Notes: generated by a model not told the origin, from the sequence alone. A DNA stretch of 64,000 nucleotides from Chlorobiaceae bacterium (GCA_013334565.1 JAAXXI010000008.1:1338-65337), one strand, 5' to 3'; counted from the stretch's first letter, positions 33,221-43,701 are shown. A program made the numbers and translations.

Positions 33221-33796
33221 ATGCCGAACCCGCTTCTCATTCTCGCTTCACAGTCCCCGAGGCGCAGGGAGATCCTCTCCCTCGCGATGATCCCTTTCGA
33301 AACGGTACACATCGACACCCCGGAAATCTTCGATCCGGGGTTTTCCCTTGATGAGAACGTCAGACGCATAGCTCTCGAAAAAGCCTCAGCGGCATCCCAT
33401 CTCTTTATTGACAAAGAAGTTCTCATTCTCGCAGCCGATACCGTGGTTGTCCTCGACGGGAAGGTGCTCGGGAAACCCGGGAATCACGATGAAGCGTTCT
33501 GGATGCTCCGGAGCCTCCAGAACAGGAAGCACAGGGTCTGCACCGGCTTCGCCCTGCTTTCTGCAGACAACTCCTTTGCGGAGTGTGTCGCTACGGAGGT
33601 CGAGTTCGAACCCATGACGGCAGACGAGATCACCCGTTACCTGGATACCGTCAGGCCTTTCGACAAAGCCGGTTCCTACGGAATACAGGACCCGCTGATG
33701 GCCTGTCATGTCAGGAGGATCGAAGGATGCTACTACAACGTCGTAGGCCTGCCCCTGTCGAGCGTTTGCAGGGCAATGAAACCGTTTTTCAGCTGA
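33221..33796 (+). CDS. maf: Maf family nucleotide pyrophosphatase
   Basis: LILASQSPRR, AADTVV, GKP, DKAGSYGIQ, NVVGLP. Confidence 0.93.
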   Translation: MPNPLLILASQSPRRREILSLAMIPFETVHIDTPEIFDPGFSLDENVRRIALEKASAASHLFIDKEVLILAADTVVVLDGKVLGKPGNHDEAFWMLRSLQNRKHRVCTGFALLSADNSFAECVATEVEFEPMTADEITRYLDTVRPFDKAGSYGIQDPLMACHVRRIEGCYYNVVGLPLSSVCRAMKPFFS

Positions 33797-33806
33797 AAGG
33801 GAAAAA

Positions 33807-34781
33807 ATGGCCTCCGATCCCGCATACCCACCGGTACTTGTTATCGTCGGACCGACAGCTTCAGGGAAGTCGAAGCTCGCTTTCGAGCTTGCCCGGCGCA
33901 CCGGAGGAGAAATCGTTTCGGCCGACTCACGGCAGATCTACCGCGAGCTCGACATCGGCGCTGCAAAGCCCTCGTCAATCGAACTTCACGAAGTTCCCCA
34001 CCATTTCATCGACGAGAAAAACATCGGAGAGACGTTCACTGCCGGACAGTTCGCCCTCGAAGCCCCTAAAAGGATCATGGAGATCCTCGGACGCGGCAAA
34101 CCGGCAATCGTGGCCGGCGGATCCACCCTTTACATCCAGGGCCTCCTTGAAGGGTTCGCCGAACTTCCCGAAGGGGACCCCGTTGTCAGGGCAAGGCTCC
34201 AGGATGAACTGGAAAGGTTCGGCAAGGAATACCTGTATGAAAAACTCCTTGAACTGGACCCCGGGCAGGCGGCAACCCTCGATCCGTCGAAAACGCAACG
34301 GCTGATGAGAAGCCTCGAAATCATCGAAATTACCGGCCTGACCGTCACGGAACTGCGGTCCAGGGGAAATAAGCGGCAGGATGGTGTCAGGTTCGTCACC
34401 CTTGGGCTTGCGACGCCCCGCAGTCAGCTGTATGACCGCATCAACCTCCGGACCATGAGGATGATCGAATCCGGGCTCCCTGAAGAAGCCGAACGGCTGT
34501 ACAGCAAATATCACCACCTCATCGCCGGTCGGAAAAGCCAGGCGCTCCGCTCGGTGGGCTACCAGGAGCTGTTCGCCTGCTTTGAAGGCAGATCCGGACT
34601 CACAGAAGCGATAGAGCTGATAAAACAGCATACCCGCAACTATGCAAAACGGCAGATCACCTTTTTCAGCAATACACTCGCGATCGACTGGACCGCCGCC
34701 CCGGAAAACGAAGATGATTTCAGGATACTTGTCGAACGCCTCGTCCGGGAGTGTCTGTTCATTCATTCCTCCGGCATGTGA
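33807..34781 (+). CDS. miaA: tRNA dimethylallyltransferase
   Basis: GPTASGKS, ADSRQIY, GGSTLY, TRNYAKRQ. Confidence 0.95.
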   Translation: MASDPAYPPVLVIVGPTASGKSKLAFELARRTGGEIVSADSRQIYRELDIGAAKPSSIELHEVPHHFIDEKNIGETFTAGQFALEAPKRIMEILGRGKPAIVAGGSTLYIQGLLEGFAELPEGDPVVRARLQDELERFGKEYLYEKLLELDPGQAATLDPSKTQRLMRSLEIIEITGLTVTELRSRGNKRQDGVRFVTLGLATPRSQLYDRINLRTMRMIESGLPEEAERLYSKYHHLIAGRKSQALRSVGYQELFACFEGRSGLTEAIELIKQHTRNYAKRQITFFSNTLAIDWTAAPENEDDFRILVERLVRECLFIHSSGM

Positions 34782-35138
34782 AAACGCGACTCTACTGGAA
34801 TTTTCCGCAGAAATCAGGAAATTTTCAGACATTGTTTAAAAAATAGTATCTCGGGGCTTTTTTTTTACCTTTGGTATTGATAACCTTTACTGAAAGAAGC
34901 ATTACCGTTTTCTTTCCCGTTCAAGCGGGGCTTCCGCTTCTCCGCATCCAGCTGAAAATTTTGCCGGGCCTGTCGGCGAAAGTAATGGAAACCGGTATAA
35001 GCATGTTCTCAATGAAAAGACAAATCCCGTTCCGGAGCAGAACATTTCTGCCGCAAGCGGCCGGAACCGCTTCGCATCCGTGACGGTTACCGCAGAGTTA
35101 TCCGTAACGTATTACAGGTTTTAAAGCAGAGTTTTGCC

Positions 35139-35732
35139 ATGAAATGCTCAGTAACAACCCGAAAAGAGTTAACCATTCTGAAAATCGAGGAAGAGGTATT
35201 TGACTTCCGACATGGCGAATCCTTCCGTGAGTCAATCCAGAACATGATCGGCAGGGAGAACAGCAAAAACATCATTGTCGATTTCTCGCAAGTAAAAGCT
35301 ATCGATTCGAACGGCATAAGCTCGATGCTCCTCACCCATCAGATGGCGAACGAGTCACACGGGCTCGCCATTTTCGTATCCCTCTGCCAGCAGATCAAGG
35401 ACCTTCTCAAACTCACAAACCTCGATAAACAGCTCTATATTTTCGCATCCATCAACGAGGTCATGACGCTCGTCGAGCCCGCGATGAAAAGCAAGCGGGG
35501 CGGAAAAGCGAAAGCGCAGCCACAGGTCTTCGAGCCGATCGACGAACTGTGCGACGATATCGACATCATTCCTGTTCCCGACCTGCATGATGAGCACCTC
35601 GATGATGTCATGGCAGACGGAGAGGAAACGGATGAAGAAGAGAATGAATCCGTACCGGCCCCTGTACCCGCCGAAAAAGAACCCTCAGCAAAAAAAAGAG
35701 GCCGACCGAAAAAAACAGAAGAGGCTGACTGA
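35139..35732 (+). CDS. STAS-domain anti-sigma-factor antagonist with acidic tail
   Basis: IIVDFSQVKAIDSNGISS, LKLTNLDK; acidic C-terminus ending KKRGRPKK. Confidence 0.8.
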   Translation: MKCSVTTRKELTILKIEEEVFDFRHGESFRESIQNMIGRENSKNIIVDFSQVKAIDSNGISSMLLTHQMANESHGLAIFVSLCQQIKDLLKLTNLDKQLYIFASINEVMTLVEPAMKSKRGGKAKAQPQVFEPIDELCDDIDIIPVPDLHDEHLDDVMADGEETDEEENESVPAPVPAEKEPSAKKRGRPKKTEEAD

Positions 35733-35923
35733 AAAAAACCGCTCATCTCCCTCCACTTCAGCCGACGCTCCATCCTGCCGGATGAACGATATGGCATGAA
35801 AACGGTGTTATAGTTTTTTTCACTTTCAGTGCAAAGGGGACCATCGCAGTTCCGGTTTCTTCATTTCAGCAGTTTGCGGAAAAGCATTGTAGCTCCGGGA
35901 TAACAACCAGTAAACCAGAGAAC

Positions 35924-37042
35924 ATGGCCGGGTTTTTCTTCAGGCAACGGGTGAAGCAGCTCTTTTCAGGCGCAGGGATCACCATTAACGGTCCCGAACC
36001 GTGGGACATTGCGGTCCACGATGACCGGTTTTACCGCCGCGTCCTTGCCGAAGCACATCTTGGCGCCGGTGAATCCTATATGGACGGATGGTGGGACTGC
36101 CCGGAGCTCGACGAATTTTTCTACCGCATCCTCAGGGCGGGCGTCGAAAAACAGGTATCCGGCATTCCGCGCTTCATCAACGGCCTTATCGGCAAAGCCA
36201 TAAATCTCCAGAACCCGAAACGCTCCTTTACCGTAGGAGAGACCCATTACGACATCGGCAACGATCTTTACCGGGCCATGCTCGACCGCGGGATGATCTA
36301 CAGCTGCGGTTACTGGAAAGATGCCGCCAGCCTCGACGAAGCGCAGGAAGCCAAACTGGACCTTGTTTTCCGCAAACTCATGCTGTTGCCCGGAATGAAC
36401 ATCCTCGACATCGGATGCGGATGGGGCGGGGCGGCAAGGTATGCTGCGGAAAATTACGGCGTCAACGTAACGGGCGTCACGATATCCGGCGAACAGGCGA
36501 AACTTGCGGAAGAGCATTGTTCGGGGCTTCCGGTCCGCATCAGGCTCATGGATTACCGTGACATCTCCGGAACGTACGACCGGATTTATTCCATCGGCAT
36601 GTTCGAGCATGTCGGCATGAAAAATTACCGGAAATACTTCCAGACGGTCAGGGAAAGCCTGGCTCCTGACGGACTATTCCTCCTGCACACCATCGGGAGC
36701 AATCGTTCGGGAAGCAATACCGATCCCTGGACAAGCAAATACATCTTTCCCAATTCGATGCTGCCCTCGGCAAACCATATCACCGCTGCAGCCGAAAGCC
36801 TGCTTGTGCTCGAAGACTGGCACTCGTTCGGACACGATTACTATCGCACGCTGAAGGCCTGGAACGACAACGTGGAAAAAAACCTGCCGCAGCTCGCCCA
36901 CCGCTATGACGAGCGCTTCAGGCGGATGTGGCGGTACTACCTTCTGAGCGCTGCCGGTTCTTTCAGGGCAAGGCACGTTCAGCTCTGGCAGCTTCTCTTT
37001 TCCCGCAGGGGCATCGAAGGGACGTTCATGGTCCCCAGATGA
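35924..37042 (+). CDS. cfa: Cyclopropane-fatty-acyl-phospholipid synthase, copy 1
   Basis: GESYMDGWW, HYDIGND, YSCGYW, LDIGCGWGG, SIGMFEHVG, YIFP. Confidence 0.92.
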   Translation: MAGFFFRQRVKQLFSGAGITINGPEPWDIAVHDDRFYRRVLAEAHLGAGESYMDGWWDCPELDEFFYRILRAGVEKQVSGIPRFINGLIGKAINLQNPKRSFTVGETHYDIGNDLYRAMLDRGMIYSCGYWKDAASLDEAQEAKLDLVFRKLMLLPGMNILDIGCGWGGAARYAAENYGVNVTGVTISGEQAKLAEEHCSGLPVRIRLMDYRDISGTYDRIYSIGMFEHVGMKNYRKYFQTVRESLAPDGLFLLHTIGSNRSGSNTDPWTSKYIFPNSMLPSANHITAAAESLLVLEDWHSFGHDYYRTLKAWNDNVEKNLPQLAHRYDERFRRMWRYYLLSAAGSFRARHVQLWQLLFSRRGIEGTFMVPR

Positions 37043-37073
37043 CAGGACGACAGAAAACAGAAGCTCAAGGACA

Positions 37074-38192
37074 ATGTTCGGCGACTTCTTCAGAAAACAG
37101 CTCGAGCGGATCTTTGAACCCGCCGACATCGTGATCGGGGGAACCCGACCGTGGGATATCCGTGTCAACAACCCCATCGTCTACCGCCGCACGATAACGG
37201 AAGCGAACATGGGGCTCGGAGAGACCTATATGGCCGGGTACTGGGATTGCGATGCCCTCGACGAGTTCTTTTTCCGTCTGCTCTCCTCCAAAGCCGATGA
37301 GAAGGTCTGTTCAGCAGCAATGCTCATCGGCAGGTATGCCGGTGCGTTCTTCAATTTCCAGCAGCCTTCGAGGGCTTTCACCGTCGGAGAAAAGCACTAC
37401 AATACCGGCAACGACATGTTCGAGGCCATGCTTGACAAAAGAATGATCTACAGCTGCGGTTACTGGAAAGATGCCACCAGCCTCGACGAAGCACAGGAAG
37501 CCAAGTTGCACCTGGTTTTTCGTAAACTCATGCTCCAGCCGGGCATGCATATCCTCGACATCGGCTGCGGCTGGGGAGGCGCGGCAAAGTTCGCCGCGGA
37601 ACATTACGGCGTCACCGTAACGGGCAGCACGGTATCGAGCGAGCAGGCCGAACTTGCCAGGAAATATTGCAGCGGGTTCCCGGTCACCATCGAACTGATG
37701 GATTACAGGAACCAGAAAGGCGCATTCGACAGGATCTACTCCATCGGCATGTTCGAACATGTCGGCTACAAGAACTACCATACCTACTTCGAAACCGTCC
37801 GAAGATGCCTGAAAAAAGGCGGATTGACGCTCCTGCACACGATCGGCGGGAACCTTCCCTGCACCTCCGTGGACCCGTGGATAAGCCGGTACATTTTCCC
37901 GAATTCCATGATCCCCTGCGCAAGCCAGATCACCAGGGCATATGAAAACCTCTTCACGCTCGAGGACTGGCATGTCTTTTCGTGGGATTATGCGCTTACC
38001 CTGAAAGCCTGGAACGACAATTTCGAAATGAACTGGCCATCCCTGCAATCACGGTACAGCGAAGAGTTCAGGAGGATGTGGCGTTACTACCTCCTCAGCT
38101 GCTCGGGCGCCTTCCGTGCCCGTTTCATCCACCTCTGGCAGGTCCTGCTTTCGAGGAACGGCCTTATGGAAAAAACGAACATCCCCCGCTGA
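37074..38192 (+). CDS. cfa: Cyclopropane-fatty-acyl-phospholipid synthase, copy 2
   Basis: Same motifs and same length (372 aa) as copy 1. Confidence 0.92.
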   Translation: MFGDFFRKQLERIFEPADIVIGGTRPWDIRVNNPIVYRRTITEANMGLGETYMAGYWDCDALDEFFFRLLSSKADEKVCSAAMLIGRYAGAFFNFQQPSRAFTVGEKHYNTGNDMFEAMLDKRMIYSCGYWKDATSLDEAQEAKLHLVFRKLMLQPGMHILDIGCGWGGAAKFAAEHYGVTVTGSTVSSEQAELARKYCSGFPVTIELMDYRNQKGAFDRIYSIGMFEHVGYKNYHTYFETVRRCLKKGGLTLLHTIGGNLPCTSVDPWISRYIFPNSMIPCASQITRAYENLFTLEDWHVFSWDYALTLKAWNDNFEMNWPSLQSRYSEEFRRMWRYYLLSCSGAFRARFIHLWQVLLSRNGLMEKTNIPR

Positions 38193-38199
38193 TCTCCTT

Positions 38200-39462
38200 T
38201 CAGGGATAGAGCAGCTTCACCGCTGCAAGCCGCCTGAACTTCGCGACCTGTTCCGAACTCTCCCGCATGATGGCATCCAGCGGCTTCTGCTGAACGATCA
38301 TTTCCCTGAACCGGGGCGTTCCGGCAAGCTTGTCGAAGAATGCGCCCTTCTCACTGAAGCCGGTCTGTTCAGGATAGAGTTTCCGGAGGGAAAGCATGAT
38401 CGCGGCAGCCGTCCTGAAGGGACTGAAGGCTTTCCTGTCGGTAAGCCTGAGCTTCAGCCCGCGGCATGCCGCTCCTTTGAACTTGTCCGATGCGGGCACG
38501 AAGGAAACCGTATCGGCTGCCACCCCTTCGAGCCTGAAAGCCGCAAATTCTGCAAGGAGCTTCCTGCTGTCGATGAACGGGGCCCCGAACTGCCGGAACG
38601 GGGCATCGCTCCCCCGCCCTTCGCTGACCGATGTGCCTTCGAGAAACACAAGGGCCGGATAGAGGATCGCCGTATCGACGTTGCGGATATTCGGCGAAGG
38701 GGAAACGAACGGCAAGTCGGGATATTCGTCGGCAAACAGTCCCCTCGAATACCCCTGCATGGGAATGACGCGCAGATCGAGATGCGGGTAGAAGCGGTTC
38801 TTGAGGTAGATCGCGATTTCCCCCACGGTCATCGAATGGACGAAAGGCACATCGACCGCCCCGACAAAAGACCCATATCCCGGGGCGACCATGAAGCCCT
38901 CCGCGCGAAGGGGAATGACTGGGTTAGGCCGGTCGAGCACCATGAAAGCGGTCCCGGTCTTCCCGCACGATTCCATGGCGTTTTTCATGGTGGAAATGTA
39001 GGTATAGCAACGGGTGCCGACGTCCTGAAGGTCGAACAGCAGGATATCGATGCTCCCGAGCAGCTTTTCATCGGGCTTTTTCGACTCCCCGTAGAGCGAA
39101 TGAACCGGAAGGGAGCCCGCTGCGGCGGAAGGACCGACAGCCCGGCCCGCTTCGATATCGGCTGAAAAACCGTGTTCCGGCGCCATCAGGAACAGCAGGT
39201 TCACTCCTCCCCTCAGCATGGTGATGTAATCCGCCTCGCCCTTTCCGGTGACCCCTGCCCGGTTGGTTATCAGCCCGACCCTCTTCTCCCTGAGCTCACT
39301 GAAATGCGACGCTTCGAGCCGGTCTATCCCAAGGGACAGGGGGCTTCCCGATGCGGAGAACGGGCAAAGCAGGGACAGGAAAAGGAGGACGGAGAAAATC
39401 GCTGAACAGCGAAGTTCCCGGCGTTTAACCTGGTCCGGTAACAGGAAAAAAACTGCTCTCAT
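38200..39462 (-). CDS. DUF1343 / NamZ exo-beta-N-acetylmuramidase family protein
   Basis: VGLITN, PEHG, SLYG, FDLQDVGTRCYTYIST, LDRPNP, SPNI, SEGRG; start trimmed to exclude the tRNA. Confidence 0.85.
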   Translation of the reverse strand: MRAVFFLLPDQVKRRELRCSAIFSVLLFLSLLCPFSASGSPLSLGIDRLEASHFSELREKRVGLITNRAGVTGKGEADYITMLRGGVNLLFLMAPEHGFSADIEAGRAVGPSAAAGSLPVHSLYGESKKPDEKLLGSIDILLFDLQDVGTRCYTYISTMKNAMESCGKTGTAFMVLDRPNPVIPLRAEGFMVAPGYGSFVGAVDVPFVHSMTVGEIAIYLKNRFYPHLDLRVIPMQGYSRGLFADEYPDLPFVSPSPNIRNVDTAILYPALVFLEGTSVSEGRGSDAPFRQFGAPFIDSRKLLAEFAAFRLEGVAADTVSFVPASDKFKGAACRGLKLRLTDRKAFSPFRTAAAIMLSLRKLYPEQTGFSEKGAFFDKLAGTPRFREMIVQQKPLDAIMRESSEQVAKFRRLAAVKLLYP

Positions 39463-39573
39463 CTTTATAGTATAAACTGAATAAAACCGGATGCCTTTTC
39501 CGGCAGTATAGCCGAATACCGTTGTGCTGTCAGGATAAAATAAGGAGGGATGCCGAAAAACGAACCGCAGGGC

Positions 39574-39604
39574 AAAAAAAAACCGCCGGGTTGCGGCGGT
39601 TTTT
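39574..39604 (-). terminator. Terminator downstream of tRNA-Met
   Basis: A9-ccgccg-ggttg-cggcgg-T5 hairpin. Confidence 0.8.
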
Positions 39605-39608
39605 CTTG

Positions 39609-39681
<73 letters not shown>

Positions 39682-39726
39682 ATGTAATGCGTCTAATATA
39701 AGCAATAAATATTCTTTTGCAACTAT

Positions 39727-41835
39727 TTATTGCACCTGTTTTCCATTTATTTCAGTACCGGATGGCTCGATCACGAAAAGGTCCCCCCCATCGCCCTCGA
39801 CGGCAAGGATCATCCCTTCGGAAACCTCGTCCCGGATCTTGCGCGGAGCGAGATTGGCGACAAGGACGACATTCTTGCCCACCATCTCTTCCGGCTTGTA
39901 GTTCTTTGCTATGCCGGCAAGCACCTGGCGGGTCGAAGCGCCAACCTGAAGCTGCAGTTTCAGCAGTTTCCCCGCTTTTTTGACCTTCTCCGCAGCCAGC
40001 ACCTTCGCCACCCTCAGATCGACCTTGAGGAAATCGTCGAACGTGATCTCCGGCTTGAAGACCATCTCCGCCTCTACAGCCGACGCTTCTTTTCTTTCGG
40101 CTTGCTGCAGCAGTTTCTCGATTTTCCGCAATTCCGGCTCGATGTCGCTGTCATCGAGCTTGACGAACAGGATTTCCGATTTTTCCCCGATCCGGTGGCC
40201 TTTTTTCAGCGGAGAGGCAAGGAGAACATCGACCATGGAACGTCCTCTGACAAACTGCTCTTCGAGCGTGCCTTCAAACCCGAGCATGGAATGGATCCTG
40301 TTGCAGGTTTCCGGAATCACCGGATAAAGCAGCAGGGAGAGCGCATGGCAGAGGTTCAGGGAGAGCGCCATTGTTTTTGCAGCAGCTTCCGGGTCGCTCT
40401 TGATGACCTTCCAGGGCTCCGATCCGGTCAGGAAACGGTTTGCCGACCGAGCCACATCCATTCCGATCGAAACGGCTTCCCTGAAATGGAACTGCTCGAA
40501 CGCTTCATCCAGCTGCCTGAGGGTTTCCGGCCAGTCGATCCCCAGTGAGGCCCACTCTTCCGTCGTGCATTCGACCGGCACCACAGCGTCGAAACGCGCA
40601 CGGGTGAAGTCAACCGAGCGTTTGATGAAGTTGCCGAGCGTATCGGCAAGCTCCCCGTTCGTCCGGTTCTGGTAGTCGGTCCAGCTGAAATCGGTATCCT
40701 TGCTTTCCGGGTAGTTCATGGCGATACTGTACCTCAGGGTATCCGCCGGGAATTTCTCGAGGAACTCCCCGAGATAGACCGCATAGTTCCGCGATTTTGA
40801 AAATTTCCGGCCTTCGAAATTCATGAACTCCGAGGCGGGAACATTGTCGGCAAGGTTGTAGATGCCTGTCCGGCGTCCTTCGTTCCAGGCAAGCAGGATG
40901 GCCGGAAACATCAGGGTATGGAAAACCACGTTGTCCTTGCCGATAAAGTTGACGAGGCGGCTTCCGGGGTCCTGCCAGTAAGTTTTCCAGCGTTCGGCAT
41001 CTCCCTGCTTTTCAGCCCACTCCTTCGTGAACGAGATGTAGCCGAGCACGGCATCGAACCAGACATAGAGCACTTTCCCTGCGGCATCATCGCTGTCGAG
41101 CGGGACCGCGATCCCCCAGTTCAGGTCACGGGTTATCGCGCGGTCGCTCAGCCCCTGCCTGAGCCAGGTTCGCGAATAGTTCACCACGTTCTGGCGCCAG
41201 TCCTCCTCATGGCTGTTCACGAACGCTTCGAGCGCAGGCTGGAATCTGCCGAGCGGGAAATACCAGTGCATGGTCTCGCGCAGTTCCGGGGTCGCATCCG
41301 AAAGCTTGCTTTTCGGGTTGATCAGCTCGACCGGGCTCAGGTGCGTGCCGCACTGCTCGCACTGGTCGCCGTTGGCTTCGGGGTTGCTGCAGATCGGACA
41401 TGTCCCCGTGACGTACCGGTCGGAAAGGAACCTGCCTGCTTTCGGATCGAAAAACTGCTTTTCGGATTTTTTCCGGAAGATGCCTTTCTGTTCGATCTCG
41501 CGGAAAAAGTCCTGTGCCGTTTCGTGATGAAGCGGCGAAGAGGTCCTTCCGTAATAATCGAACGAGATGCCGCATTTCGTGAACGCATCGAGGTTCATGG
41601 TGTGGTAGCGGTCCACGACGTCCTTCGGGGAGATCCCCTCTTTTTCGGCCGTCAGCGTAATGGGCACGCCATGCTCGTCCGAGCCCCCGATGTGAATGAC
41701 ATCTTCGCCCTTGAGCCTCTTGTAGCGGACATACATATCGGCAGGAAGGTACACGCCGGCAAGATGGCCGAGGTGGACCGGACCGTTGGCATAGGGAAGT
41801 GCTGAAGTGACGAGCGTCCTTGAAAATTCAGACAT
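39727..41835 (-). CDS. metG: Methionyl-tRNA synthetase
   Basis: ALPYANGPVHLGH, zinc knuckles, YVWFDA, KFSKS, C-terminal tRNA-binding domain. Confidence 0.97.
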   Translation of the reverse strand: MSEFSRTLVTSALPYANGPVHLGHLAGVYLPADMYVRYKRLKGEDVIHIGGSDEHGVPITLTAEKEGISPKDVVDRYHTMNLDAFTKCGISFDYYGRTSSPLHHETAQDFFREIEQKGIFRKKSEKQFFDPKAGRFLSDRYVTGTCPICSNPEANGDQCEQCGTHLSPVELINPKSKLSDATPELRETMHWYFPLGRFQPALEAFVNSHEEDWRQNVVNYSRTWLRQGLSDRAITRDLNWGIAVPLDSDDAAGKVLYVWFDAVLGYISFTKEWAEKQGDAERWKTYWQDPGSRLVNFIGKDNVVFHTLMFPAILLAWNEGRRTGIYNLADNVPASEFMNFEGRKFSKSRNYAVYLGEFLEKFPADTLRYSIAMNYPESKDTDFSWTDYQNRTNGELADTLGNFIKRSVDFTRARFDAVVPVECTTEEWASLGIDWPETLRQLDEAFEQFHFREAVSIGMDVARSANRFLTGSEPWKVIKSDPEAAAKTMALSLNLCHALSLLLYPVIPETCNRIHSMLGFEGTLEEQFVRGRSMVDVLLASPLKKGHRIGEKSEILFVKLDDSDIEPELRKIEKLLQQAERKEASAVEAEMVFKPEITFDDFLKVDLRVAKVLAAEKVKKAGKLLKLQLQVGASTRQVLAGIAKNYKPEEMVGKNVVLVANLAPRKIRDEVSEGMILAVEGDGGDLFVIEPSGTEINGKQVQ

Positions 41836-41900
41836 AGAAGATATTCCGTTTTCCAGGCTTTGGCCGATGAGGGCTGCGCCTGGACTCCTGTTGCAAAGTG

Positions 41901-42878
41901 TTATTTCCTGACAAAAAGCGAATTGAATTTATCGGCGGTCAGCCTGCGGACCTGATCGTTTTTCTGGTAACGAAGCAAGACCATTTTTTTCTGCGGATCG
42001 ACGCTTTCAACAACCGCCGGTCCCTCGGGAGTGCTCACCCTGCTGCCGACCGCCGGAAAAGGAGGCTGGGAGGACGCATGGGAGTGGCAGCCCTTGTCGT
42101 GTTTCGAATAACCAAGGCAGCACTTCGGACGGTTGCAGATACCGGTGATATTGAAAGCATGGCTTTCCGCGGATGCGGAATCGGAGTTCTGCGATTTTTC
42201 GGAGAAAGGGTTGGTCTGGATTTTCTGCAGCCAACTCGAACAGCAGAGCAGGCAGCCGCAGGGGCCGAAAGCGTTTGCCCTTCTTGCCTCTTCGCGGGTC
42301 GTTATCTGCACCATCTGGATCCTCGCCTTGAACTCGCCGGCAAGGTCGCGGACAAGCATCCTGAAATCGACCCGGTGCGACGATGTATAGTAAACCGACA
42401 GCTTCTGCTGGTCCAGGCGCAGTTCGACATCGACAAGCTTCAGGTCGAGATCGTGCTTTCTGATCTTGTTCATGCAGATATCCCTGATCTCGGCCTGCTT
42501 TTTTTTCAGGTCGTCGATGTTGGCGCCGTCCGTTTCGTCGGCAACCCGCAGGACGAGGACCGCCGGCGGACCGTTCTTTTCGAGGCCTTTGAGCTGGAAT
42601 TTCTTCCGTGCGATACGGCCGGTCGAATAAACCACCCCGAAATCATATCCTCCGTCCGTCTCTACTATGACGTACTGCCCGACGTTCAGGACCGAACCGG
42701 TATTGTTCGTGAAAAACTCGCGGCGGCATCCCTGGAGCTCCACTTCGCAAATCTCTTCAACCGTTTCGTATTCGGTCGGCCCGTAGATCGTTTCCATTTC
42801 GCTGTGCAGCAATTGCGACAGACGCAGCCTCACTTTCGCATTATCACCGAGCAGGCAGCTGCAGATTACATTACTCAT
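41901..42878 (-). CDS. PSP1 domain / RicT (YaaT)-like protein
   Basis: RVDFRMLVRDLA, GPCGCLLCC and GICNRPKCCL cysteine motifs. Confidence 0.85.
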   Translation of the reverse strand: MSNVICSCLLGDNAKVRLRLSQLLHSEMETIYGPTEYETVEEICEVELQGCRREFFTNNTGSVLNVGQYVIVETDGGYDFGVVYSTGRIARKKFQLKGLEKNGPPAVLVLRVADETDGANIDDLKKKQAEIRDICMNKIRKHDLDLKLVDVELRLDQQKLSVYYTSSHRVDFRMLVRDLAGEFKARIQMVQITTREEARRANAFGPCGCLLCCSSWLQKIQTNPFSEKSQNSDSASAESHAFNITGICNRPKCCLGYSKHDKGCHSHASSQPPFPAVGSRVSTPEGPAVVESVDPQKKMVLLRYQKNDQVRRLTADKFNSLFVRK

Positions 42879-42929
42879 ACTGTTTCCTTATTTTCGGAAC
42901 CCTTGCGAAGCGTTCCGTCATTATCCCTG

Positions 42930-43694
42930 TCACTCTTTTTCCAGGCCAAGCATCCGCCTGATGTTCTCAACCCGCCTGTTGATCGAGGGTATCCCCTTCA
43001 CCAGCACCCGTGCATTGCCGGTCCTGCCGTCCATGATGTCCCGGCGCAGCCCGTCAAGGTGCCTCTCTGTTATTTCCTGCATTGCGGAAGTAAGAGCGTC
43101 CGGACCAGGGTACTCATCAGGAACGATGAGCTGCGGCCCTTTGAAGGAGAGGAACAGATCAGGTTTTTGTTCGTTAAGATATTCAATCCGGCTGACAACT
43201 GAAACAAGGTAAATTCCCTTTGTTTTCTCTAGAACACGTTCCACCACCGAGGCCGTTCCCCGGAGAAAACGAAGAGGGCGTTTGTCGGCAGGTTCGATCT
43301 TTCCCTGGGGAAAAATCCAGAGCGCGTTCTGGCGGGTGCTTTCAGCCGACAGCAGCGATGCGGCATAATCGAGGGTCGCCGGGATGCTCCTTGGCCTTGA
43401 ACGGTCGAGGGAAAAAGCGCCGACACGGGTAAAAAACCGGTGCTTCTTCAACTGCTCGTACTCGATGATGATATGGAGGTTCTGGTTGAAGAACTCTTCG
43501 GTACAGAGCTGCGACCAGAAACCGTCCCACCAGCAGGCATGGTTGGCATAAAAAACAACCGGAGTACGAAGGTCCATCTCCTGTACTCCGGGTTCCATGA
43601 AAACCTGCACTGAATTGAAAAACCGCCTGAACTGGCGCCGTGAATACCATCCGAACCAGAGGGTATAGAGCCGGCTGCGGCGGACTTTCAGCAT
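42930..43694 (-). CDS. cruD: PlsC-like acyltransferase, probably carotenoid-glucoside acyltransferase CruD
   Basis: NHACWWD (HxxxxD) and IFPQG motifs; its position between the PSP1 gene and the aminotransferase matches my recollection of the cruD locus in Chlorobaculum tepidum (not verified). Confidence 0.6.
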   Translation of the reverse strand: MLKVRRSRLYTLWFGWYSRRQFRRFFNSVQVFMEPGVQEMDLRTPVVFYANHACWWDGFWSQLCTEEFFNQNLHIIIEYEQLKKHRFFTRVGAFSLDRSRPRSIPATLDYAASLLSAESTRQNALWIFPQGKIEPADKRPLRFLRGTASVVERVLEKTKGIYLVSVVSRIEYLNEQKPDLFLSFKGPQLIVPDEYPGPDALTSAMQEITERHLDGLRRDIMDGRTGNARVLVKGIPSINRRVENIRRMLGLEKE

Positions 43695-43701
43695 TCGCGC
43701 A

